A DNA stretch of 28,336 nucleotides, taken from assembly GCA_964594835.1 (NCBI GenBank), contig CAZQNA010000015.1, forward strand, positions 1,210-29,545, written 5' to 3'. The notes beneath the pieces are model-generated. The model was given only the letters and a program-made list of their open reading frames with translations. It was not told the DNA's origin and made no database searches. The translations under genes and the position numbers were made by a program. Numbering within the stretch: the first letter of the stretch is position 1; every line of letters starts with the position of its first letter. Positions 8,119 to 15,538 of the stretch are shown one piece after another. Origin of the DNA: an uncultured Nitrososphaerota archaeon (GTDB lineage Archaea; Korarchaeota; Korarchaeia; Korarchaeales; Korarchaeaceae).

Positions 8119-9306
8119 TCAGGAGGGCGGGAAGGTAACCGCCCTCACGGGGCATATGCTCACGCAGACTCCGCAGCCGTAGCAGGCGTACTGATCGACG
8201 ACCGCGGTCTTCCTGCCGCCCTCTCCCTCTATCCTGATGGCGTTGTACCTGCAGGCCTGCTCGCAGATGCCGCAGGCGGTGCACTTCTCCGGGTCCACGA
8301 CCGGGTTCCTGACCTCGTAGTTGGGCTCCTCCCTCATGTGCTTCAGGGCCACGCCCCTGATGTCCTCGACCGAGTCGTACCCGTGCTCCTCTAGCCACCT
8401 GGCTATCTCCCTGGCCACCCTGCCGTAGATCTCCGGGCCCTCGATTATCGCGCCGGTGCAGATCTGCACGGCAGATGCGCCGGCCATGAAGTACTCTATG
8501 GCGTCCTCCCCCTTCGTGACGCCCCCAACGCCGATCACCGGAAGGTTCGTGTTCCTCGCGACCTCCGCGACCACCCTAACCCCCAGCGGCTTGATCGCCG
8601 GGCCGGAGAGCCAGCCGTAGCCGTACTTCCCGCCGAGCATGGGCTTGCCCTCCTCTATGTCTATGTGGAGGGTCGGCCCCAGGGAGTTGACCGCCACGAT
8701 TCCGTCCACGCCTATCTTCTCAAGCTCCTTGGCAAACTCGGGCAGGTTGAGGATGTGTGGGCTCAGCTTCGCGAATATCGGTACGTCAACGGCCTCCCTC
8801 AGGGCCTTGGCGATCTCCAGGATCGGCTTGTAGTCTATCCCCACGTAGTGGAGGGAGAACTCTATGCCGTCCACGCCCGCCTCCTGAACCTTCTTGCCGA
8901 GGAAGCTGACCTCCTCTGCCGTGTACCCTATGCTAGCTATCAGGGGCAGGCCGGAGCTCTTGGCCAGCCTGTACTCCACGTCGAGCCAGCGCTGGTAGGG
9001 CAGGTCGGACCACAGCTCGGTGTTCAGGAGGCCCCTCGGCATGAAGAGCTTGGTCCTAGTCCTCCTGACTATCCTCCCTCCCGCGGCGTAGAACACGTCG
9101 AAGTCCGTGAACCCCCTGTCCAGGACCACCATGGTGGGCCTCGGCACCTTGGCGGGCTCCACGCTGATGGTCTTGGCCACGAGCCCGCCCACCCCGGCCC
9201 TGGCCGCGGCGAGCAGGGCTGCCGCGTTCTGGCTGGGCGGACCGGCGGCCGTGAGCACGGGGTTCCTGAACCTGATCCCTGCTACCTCAACCGTCAGGTC
9301 CACCAT
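8119..9306 (-). CDS. Dihydropyrimidine dehydrogenase PreA / dihydroorotate dehydrogenase-like FMN protein with C-terminal 2x[4Fe-4S] domain; atypical active site
   Basis: FRNPVLTAAGP, VAKT, LLNTELWSD, PLIASI, PIFAKLSP, AVNS, GWLSGPAIKP, PVIGVGGV, FMAGASAVQICT, CTACGICEQAC, CYGCGVCVSICP. Start reset to ATG 9306 behind GGAGGTGA. Confidence 0.88.
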   Translation of the reverse strand: MVDLTVEVAGIRFRNPVLTAAGPPSQNAAALLAAARAGVGGLVAKTISVEPAKVPRPTMVVLDRGFTDFDVFYAAGGRIVRRTRTKLFMPRGLLNTELWSDLPYQRWLDVEYRLAKSSGLPLIASIGYTAEEVSFLGKKVQEAGVDGIEFSLHYVGIDYKPILEIAKALREAVDVPIFAKLSPHILNLPEFAKELEKIGVDGIVAVNSLGPTLHIDIEEGKPMLGGKYGYGWLSGPAIKPLGVRVVAEVARNTNLPVIGVGGVTKGEDAIEYFMAGASAVQICTGAIIEGPEIYGRVAREIARWLEEHGYDSVEDIRGVALKHMREEPNYEVRNPVVDPEKCTACGICEQACRYNAIRIEGEGGRKTAVVDQYACYGCGVCVSICPVRAVTFPPS

Positions 9307-9311
9307 CGGGC

Positions 9312-11243
9312 TCACCTCCACCTCCCAGCCAGCTCGCCGAGGCCGAGCTCCCTGAGCGTCTCGTCCTTGGGGACGCCCGTCTCCTTGTCTATGCCCGCGG
9401 CCTCGTAGTAGTCGTCCAGCATCTCGTCGAGCCTGCAAACGTGGCCCTTCGCCGGGCCCGTGGGCATGGGTTCCTTCAGGAACCTCTCTGGGAGCGTGTC
9501 GTCCTTCCTCCTGAGCCCCTCCCTCACGTTGAACATCCTCCTAAGGATGGCTATCCTCTTGGCTATCCTCCTGATCTCGTTGGGGTCGCCGAACTCCGCT
9601 ATGCCTGTGGCCGCGGCGGCGGCCTTGGCCATGTCGGGGTAGTAGAAGACGGGCGGCCAGCCGACCTCGTACCAGCATATGATCAGCGAGTTGCCCATGG
9701 CGTAGAGCATCTCCAGGTCCCAGACGAGCCAGCCCTTGTACCTGGTGGACTGCGGGTCGACGAGGTCCCTCACCTTGTCGGCCCCGTACCTCTCGGCGGC
9801 CACCTGCTCGTAGCCCCTCTCCTCGAGGCAGGACAGCGAGGTTAGGTGGTCGGCCCCCCTGGCGGCCGTCGCGTGCGTCAGCCCGGAGGACTGGTGGGCC
9901 CTGCCGTCCTGAGCCGAGATCTCGTTGCCCTTCACGTGCATGGCGAACCTCTCGGTCCCCCGGCCAATGATCTCGGAGGCCCTCTTGCTCCCCTCCGCTA
10001 TCACGTTCCCGAATCCCTCCCTGAAGGCCGTCTTCCTCACGAGCTCGACCATGACCTCGGCGTTGCCCCAGCTCAGGTCCAAGCCCCCGGTGTCCTCCCT
10101 CGTCAGTAGGCCGTGCTCCCAGCTCTCCATCGCCCACGCTATCGTCATGCCCAGGGAGATGGAGTCCATCCCGTAGAGGTCGGCCAGGTGGTTCGCGTAG
10201 AAGACCGCCTCGACATCCTCGACTAGGGTGGAGGATCCGAAGGACACCAGGGCCTCGTACTCGGGCCCCTTGTACACGCCCGCGTAGGGCTCCTTCCTCG
10301 ACCTCACGAAGTACTTGCACTGGACCAGGCAGCCGAAGCAGCTGGCCTGCTTGACCCTGAACTCCTCCCTGATCCTCTCCCCTCCTATCAGGTGGGCCTT
10401 CTCCCAGTACCCGGTCCAGTGGTTCTTCACGGGCATCCTCCCCATGGAGTTGATGGCCTCAACCAGGTTCGGGGTGCCGTACTTCGTCAGGGTCTCCCTC
10501 AGCGAGTCGCCCCAGTCAACGAGGAGCTTCCTGTACGCCTCGTCGACCACCTCCATGAAGAGCTCGGGCTTCGCTACCCGCACCCCCTTGCTCCCCCTCA
10601 CCGCTATGGCCTTGAGCCTCTTGGAGCCCATCACGGCGCCCATGCCGGTCCTGCCGGCCGCGTTGCCCATGTCGTTGATGATGGAGGCGAACCTCACGAG
10701 GTTCTCCCCCGCGGGCCCTATGGCGGCCACCTTGAAGGTCTCGTCGCCGAGCTCCTCCCTCACCTCTTGGATGGTCTCGAAGGTCGTCTTCCCGCCGTAG
10801 TACCTGCCGTCCCTCTCCTCACCCCAGAGGTGGCTGGCGTCCCTGATCTCGACGAGGTCGTCGTCGATGACCAGATAGACGGGCCTCTCGGACCTGCCCT
10901 GTATCACCAGGAAGTCGTAGCCGGCGAACTTCAGCTCGGGCCCGAAGAAGCCCCCGGCGTTGGCGTGTCCCCATATCCCGGTGAGGGGGGACTTCGCGTT
11001 CACCTGATACCTCCCGGCGGCGGGGAACATGGTCCCGGTCAGCGGGCCGGTGGAGATCACCAGGCGGTTCTCCGGACCGAGGGGATCCGTCCTCTCGTCC
11101 ACCTCGTCCCACAGTATCTTGACCGCGAACCCCAGCCCACCCAGGTAGTCCCTGATCAGCTCCCTGGGAGTCTCCTGGATCAGGATCTTCCCGGTTGAGA
11201 GGTCGACTCGGATGTACCTACCCGCGTACCCTCCCAGCTCCAT
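9312..11243 (-). CDS. aor: Tungsten-dependent aldehyde:ferredoxin oxidoreductase family protein (paralog 1), 643 aa
   Basis: GYAGRYIRVDLS, AKSPLTG, GGFFGPELKFAGYD, AGRTGMGAVMGSKRLKAI, CFGCLVQC, GPEYE, YGMDSISLG, RGADH, SLIIC, RKDDTLPERF. Confidence 0.94.
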   Translation of the reverse strand: MELGGYAGRYIRVDLSTGKILIQETPRELIRDYLGGLGFAVKILWDEVDERTDPLGPENRLVISTGPLTGTMFPAAGRYQVNAKSPLTGIWGHANAGGFFGPELKFAGYDFLVIQGRSERPVYLVIDDDLVEIRDASHLWGEERDGRYYGGKTTFETIQEVREELGDETFKVAAIGPAGENLVRFASIINDMGNAAGRTGMGAVMGSKRLKAIAVRGSKGVRVAKPELFMEVVDEAYRKLLVDWGDSLRETLTKYGTPNLVEAINSMGRMPVKNHWTGYWEKAHLIGGERIREEFRVKQASCFGCLVQCKYFVRSRKEPYAGVYKGPEYEALVSFGSSTLVEDVEAVFYANHLADLYGMDSISLGMTIAWAMESWEHGLLTREDTGGLDLSWGNAEVMVELVRKTAFREGFGNVIAEGSKRASEIIGRGTERFAMHVKGNEISAQDGRAHQSSGLTHATAARGADHLTSLSCLEERGYEQVAAERYGADKVRDLVDPQSTRYKGWLVWDLEMLYAMGNSLIICWYEVGWPPVFYYPDMAKAAAAATGIAEFGDPNEIRRIAKRIAILRRMFNVREGLRRKDDTLPERFLKEPMPTGPAKGHVCRLDEMLDDYYEAAGIDKETGVPKDETLRELGLGELAGRWR

Positions 11244-11249
11244 CCGCCA

Positions 11250-11744
11250 TCACCCCTGGGGGACTATCAGCGAGATCAGCCTGGCGGACCTCTGAGCCCC
11301 GTCGACCTTCTTCTGGTAGCCAACCTGGTCGGCCCTGACCCACCTGATCGCCCCGGTGGGGCACCTCCTGGCGCACTGCGGGTCTCCTCCACAGAGGTCG
11401 CACTTCACGATCTGGAAGGTCACTAGGTCGACCTGGATGCCCCCGAAGGGGCAGGCGTTCAGGCACTGCTTGCACTCGATGCACTTCGACTTGTCTAGGA
11501 AGACGGCGTTTCCGAACTGGTACAGGGCGCCCGTCGGGCAGGCCTCGACGCAGAGAGGCTTCCCGCAGTGCTGACATGTCATGGGTATGAAGACTCCCTC
11601 GAAGTCGTTCCGCAGGACCTGGATGTACGACCTCCGGGGGTTGAACTCACCGTAGTGGTGGAAGGAGCACGCCTCCTCGCAGATCCTGCACCCGGTGCAC
11701 TTGTCCGGGTCGATTATCAAGAGGTTCTGAACCCCCTCAACCAT
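11250..11744 (-). CDS. 4Fe-4S dicluster electron-transfer subunit, partner of AOR paralog 1
   Basis: CTGCRICEEAC, CQHCGKPLCVEACP, CIECKQCLNACP, KCDLCGGDPQCARRCP. Clear paralog of 7567..8070 (shared CSF.HY and WVRADQ). Confidence 0.92.
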   Translation of the reverse strand: MVEGVQNLLIIDPDKCTGCRICEEACSFHHYGEFNPRRSYIQVLRNDFEGVFIPMTCQHCGKPLCVEACPTGALYQFGNAVFLDKSKCIECKQCLNACPFGGIQVDLVTFQIVKCDLCGGDPQCARRCPTGAIRWVRADQVGYQKKVDGAQRSARLISLIVPQG

Positions 11745-11793
11745 GCGATCACCGCCAGCCCTGAACGGGCCAAAGCTGAATCTTTCCGAGAGA

Positions 11794-11806
11794 CCAAATA
11801 AATCCT
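11794..11806 (-). promoter_or_regulatory. Candidate TATA box for the AOR operon
   Basis: Minus strand GGATTTATTTGG about 55 bp upstream of ATG 11744. Confidence 0.4.
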
Positions 11807-11921
11807 GGGGAGCGAACTTGAACCAAGGGCGTTATTCCGCCGGGATAGATCGGTCTGGCGGCCCTCTCAGGGGCCCGAGACGTGCCTCGGGAAGGCAGGC
11901 CAGCGTGAGTGCGGATCTGCC

Positions 11922-11937
11922 GAAAAAAGGTGGAAGG
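11922..11937 (-). terminator. Archaeal oligo-T terminator after the BMP gene
   Basis: Minus strand CCTTCCACCTTTTTTC about 10-25 nt after the stop at 11946. Confidence 0.5.
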
Positions 11938-11945
11938 TGAGTGGG

Positions 11946-13244
11946 TCAGCCCCCGAGGGCAGGACCCACCACGTTGTCGACCCACCACTGCATTGACCAG
12001 AGCTCGTCGTGTCCGAGCCTCTGGCCGGCCATGACCCTGAGGGTGCCCTTGTCGTCGTATATCGGCCCGCTGAAGGGATCGAACACCTCGTCGTTGACGA
12101 AGACCCACTCGCTTCCCGTCCAGACGGCGCCCATCTGGATGAGCCTGGCCATCACCAGCGTGTAGACGTCGGGGTTCTCAATCAGCGTGCCGTTGGGCAG
12201 CTGGATGGTCTCCTGCACCCTGACGGACTTGAGCTCGCTCACGAACTTCGGGTTGACCGGCTGGTTGAAGGTGCACCCCAGCTCGACGGAGCCCTCCTTC
12301 AGCTTCCACCAGTAGTCGACGTTCTGCAGGTTCTGGGTGTTGTACGACCCGGAGTAGATCTTGCTGAGTATGTCATCGTATATGACCTCCCAGTGCACCA
12401 GCTGTCCGCTGACGCAGACGTCGGGCCCGTAGTCGAGCATCGGGCTGTAGTGACCGAAGGCGAGGACCCTCTCACCCCTCTCGAAGTGCTCCTGGGCGAC
12501 CTGGACGACGGTAGGCGAGTCCTCCGTGAAGGCGAGGACGTCGATCCCCTCGGAGATCAGGGCCTCAGCGGCCTGCCTGGCCTTGGTCGGATCGTACCAG
12601 GCGCCTATCTCCCTGACGTAGACCTTGCAGTCGGGGCAGACCTCCTTGACCCCCAGGGCGAAGGCGTTGATGTGCCTCACCACCTCGGGGATGAGGTGGG
12701 CGGCGACGTAGCCGATCTTCTTACTCTGGGTCAGAGCCCCGGCCATCAGGCCGTTGAGGTAGTAGACCTGGTAGAAGTCGGCGAAGTAGGTCCCCATGTT
12801 AGGGGCCCGCTTGTATCCGGAGCAGTGCCAGAAGATCTTGTCGGGGTGCTTCTGAGCCTCCTCCAGCGTCGGGTCCATGAAGTCGAAGCTTGTGGTGAAG
12901 ACCACGTCGTAGCCCTGGCCGAGCAGCTGCTCGATCACGCCGGCGCACTCCGCCGGGGCCACGGACTCGACGTGGGTGGTCTCCAGCCATTCGTACTTCG
13001 CGTCCACCATCTCCTTGGCAGCGTGGTGAGCGTAGGTCCAGCCGATGTCACCGATCGGACCTACGTAGATCCAGGCTGCCTTGATCTTCTTCGCGGGAGG
13101 AGCCTCGCACGGAGGGCAGGTTCCTGGCGCCGCGGTCTCACAGGGAGGGCACTCGGCCGGCCCCCTCGGCGCCGCCAAGTATCCTATGGCGGCCCCGACT
13201 ATGATGGCGATGATAACTAGGGCGGCCCACTGAGATGAGCTCAT
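11946..13244 (-). CDS. BMP/PnrA-family ABC transporter substrate-binding protein (nucleoside/purine), N-terminal membrane anchor
   Basis: KAAWIYVGPIGDIGWTYAH, VFTTSFDFMD, HCSGYK, YLNGLMAG, KIGYVAAH.IPEVVRHINAFALG, WYDP.KARQAAEALI. Hydrophobic N-terminus followed by a Cys/Pro linker. Confidence 0.92.
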   Translation of the reverse strand: MSSSQWAALVIIAIIVGAAIGYLAAPRGPAECPPCETAAPGTCPPCEAPPAKKIKAAWIYVGPIGDIGWTYAHHAAKEMVDAKYEWLETTHVESVAPAECAGVIEQLLGQGYDVVFTTSFDFMDPTLEEAQKHPDKIFWHCSGYKRAPNMGTYFADFYQVYYLNGLMAGALTQSKKIGYVAAHLIPEVVRHINAFALGVKEVCPDCKVYVREIGAWYDPTKARQAAEALISEGIDVLAFTEDSPTVVQVAQEHFERGERVLAFGHYSPMLDYGPDVCVSGQLVHWEVIYDDILSKIYSGSYNTQNLQNVDYWWKLKEGSVELGCTFNQPVNPKFVSELKSVRVQETIQLPNGTLIENPDVYTLVMARLIQMGAVWTGSEWVFVNDEVFDPFSGPIYDDKGTLRVMAGQRLGHDELWSMQWWVDNVVGPALGG

Positions 13245-13294
13245 GGCTATCCCCCCATGGAGAGCGTGGGTAAGGTGATTGCCGATTTGATGCC

Positions 13295-13308
13295 CATAAA
13301 TTTTTCCT
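13295..13308 (-). promoter_or_regulatory. BRE + TATA promoter of the BMP gene
   Basis: Minus strand AGGAAAAATTTATG: purine-rich BRE directly followed by TTTA, about 50 bp upstream of ATG 13244. Confidence 0.6.
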
Positions 13309-13519
13309 GAAGGTCGAAAAAGTAACCGGATCGTCCGGGCCCTCCGGTCGTACAGAACGGGGCTTTTAATCCGCCGAGTGGTGAGAGGCGGCGAGTCGAT
13401 TGAAACCTATCGGTGGATCGAGTTCCAGTCGGACAGGCTGCCGGGGCAGCCGCGCTGCGTGAACCGGCTGGCGGATCCAGCCCGGGCGCGGAGGAAAAGG
13501 GTTGTGGGGGCCGGGCGGC

Positions 13520-14458
13520 CTACTTCTCTCCCCTGACGTAGGGCACACCCAGGGCCGCGGGCGCCCCCATCCTCCTCCTCATTGTCTCGGTGGCCCCGGC
13601 GGTAAGCACTATGATGGTCAGGAGGTAGGGGACGCCGTTGAGGAGCCACTGGCTGTACCCGTAGGCCTGGAGTGTGTACCCGCCGGCCTCCACGACCCCA
13701 AACAGGTAGGCCCCGAATATGGCCCTCAGGGGATTCCAGAGGGCGAATATCGTGAGGGCCAGCGCTATCCACCCTCTCCCGGCCGTCATGTTCTCTATCC
13801 AGGCGGGGCTGTAGGCGACCGAGAGGTAGGCCCCGGCCATGCCGGCGAGGGCCCCTCCTAGGGCCGTGCAGGCGTACCTCACCAGGTAGACGTTTATTCC
13901 AAGGGCGTCGGCGGCGGCGGGGTTCTCCCCAGTCGACCTGATCACTATCCCCACCTTCGTCTTGAAGAGGACGAACCAGAGGACGACCGCCAGGCCTATG
14001 CTCAGGTAGAAGAGCGGCTCCTGGTCGAACAGCGCCTTCCCCACGACTGGTATCCTGACGAGCCCCTCCGATAGGGGCTTGGGGAGGAACCTGGACTTGA
14101 CCGGGAGCTGATAGCCGACGTACCCCCTCCCTATCACGCTGCTGAGTCCGAGGCCGAACATGGTCAGGGCGAGGCCGGAGACGACCTGATTGCCCCTCAG
14201 GTGGATGCTGATCACGCCGTGAATGAGGGACATAGCTATCCCGACGACGACCGCCACCGCCACGCCCAGCCAGGGGTTGCCGGTGCTTAGGGCGGTGATG
14301 AAGGCGGAGACGGCGCCCATTATCATCATCCCCTCCACCCCTAGGTTCAGTATCCCAGACCGCTCGGCGTATATCTCGCCGAGGGATGCGAGCAGGAGGG
14401 GAGTGGCGGACCTGAAGCCCACCCAGAGGATGTTCTCCACCACTGAGACATCCACCAT
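13520..14458 (-). CDS. Nucleoside-type ABC transporter permease
   Basis: ATPLLLASLGEIYAERSGILNLGVEGMM, NQVVSGLAL, RSTGENPAAADALGINV, MTAGRGWIALAL, PYLLTIIVL, PAALGVPY. Confidence 0.92.
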   Translation of the reverse strand: MVDVSVVENILWVGFRSATPLLLASLGEIYAERSGILNLGVEGMMIMGAVSAFITALSTGNPWLGVAVAVVVGIAMSLIHGVISIHLRGNQVVSGLALTMFGLGLSSVIGRGYVGYQLPVKSRFLPKPLSEGLVRIPVVGKALFDQEPLFYLSIGLAVVLWFVLFKTKVGIVIRSTGENPAAADALGINVYLVRYACTALGGALAGMAGAYLSVAYSPAWIENMTAGRGWIALALTIFALWNPLRAIFGAYLFGVVEAGGYTLQAYGYSQWLLNGVPYLLTIIVLTAGATETMRRRMGAPAALGVPYVRGEK

Positions 14459-14461
14459 CGC

Positions 14462-15538
14462 TCACCTCCTTATCTGGACCCTGTACCTGAGGAGGAAGTC
14501 GCCGGCGAGGACGAAGAAGAGTATGGCCCCGTTGAACATGTCCACCACGCCGATTGGGAGCTTGTAGTCGATCATGATGTACTGTCCCCCGACCAGAAGG
14601 CCCCCGAAGAGGAAGTTGGCTATCAGAAGGCCGATGGGGTTCACCCCCCCGAGCCACGCCGTGATTATGCCGGTGAACCCGTAGCCCGAGAGGAACTCGG
14701 GGGTGAACCTGTGCTGTATCCCCGCAAACTCCCCGACCCCGGCGAGCCCAGCCAGCCCCCCGCTGATCACCATGGCCAGCGTCACCGTCCTCAGGTAGCT
14801 TATCCCCGCCGCCCTGGCGGCCTCAGGGTTGTCCCCGACGACCTTCATCTCGTAACCAGCGCAGGTGTAGTTGAGGAAGGCGTACACCCCCACGGCGGCT
14901 GCGATCGAGAGGATCAGCGTGGGCCAGTGGATCCTCGTCTCGCCTATCAAGGGCAGCCAGGCGTTCTTCGATATTATCTCGGTGTGAGCGAATCCGCCGT
15001 AAGTAAGCTGTCCCACCCTCTCCCTCGCCTTCCAGGGCCCGTGTATGAGGTGCTGGAAGATCCAGAAGATGACGTAGTAGAGCATCAGGGTCGATATCAC
15101 ATCGTTGACGTTCAGCTTCGCCTTCAGAACGGCCGGAGGTATCCCCCACGCCGCGCCGGCCAGGAAGCCGACCGCGAACATCGAGGGAATGAGCAGACCA
15201 GGAGGCGCGTTTGGAAATGTTCTCGCCACGACGTAGGCGGCCATGGCTCCGAAGAGCAGCTGTCCCTCCGCCCCTATGTTCCAGAAGCCCGTCCTGAACA
15301 CGAGGGCCAGCCCCGAGCTGACCAGCAGGAGAGGCATCATCCTCACTATCGTCTCGGTCAGGCCGACCTCGGTGCCGAAGGCGTTGAAGAAGATGGACCT
15401 GTAGACGTCGACGGGGTTGACCCCGTAGGCGTAGAATATTGCGGCGACGGCCAGGAGGGCCAGGGCCACCGAACCAACGCGGACCGCGAGGGCGAACCTC
15501 CTCGAGACGACGACCCTCTTCCGAACGACTATCCTCAT
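14462..15538 (-). CDS. Nucleoside-type ABC transporter permease
   Basis: FRTGFWNIGAEGQ, VNDVISTLML, GYEMKVVGDNPEAARAAGI, SGGLAGLAG, GYGFTGI; multiple TM helices. Confidence 0.92.
   Translation of the reverse strand: MRIVVRKRVVVSRRFALAVRVGSVALALLAVAAIFYAYGVNPVDVYRSIFFNAFGTEVGLTETIVRMMPLLLVSSGLALVFRTGFWNIGAEGQLLFGAMAAYVVARTFPNAPPGLLIPSMFAVGFLAGAAWGIPPAVLKAKLNVNDVISTLMLYYVIFWIFQHLIHGPWKARERVGQLTYGGFAHTEIISKNAWLPLIGETRIHWPTLILSIAAAVGVYAFLNYTCAGYEMKVVGDNPEAARAAGISYLRTVTLAMVISGGLAGLAGVGEFAGIQHRFTPEFLSGYGFTGIITAWLGGVNPIGLLIANFLFGGLLVGGQYIMIDYKLPIGVVDMFNGAILFFVLAGDFLLRYRVQIRR

Noticed and set aside
8119-9306. Biosynthetic pyrD together with pyrC (4241..5599)
   Set aside because: No pyrB/E/F/K nearby, the catalytic Cys loop is absent, there is an extra Fe-S domain, and the importer plus ssnA context is catabolic.
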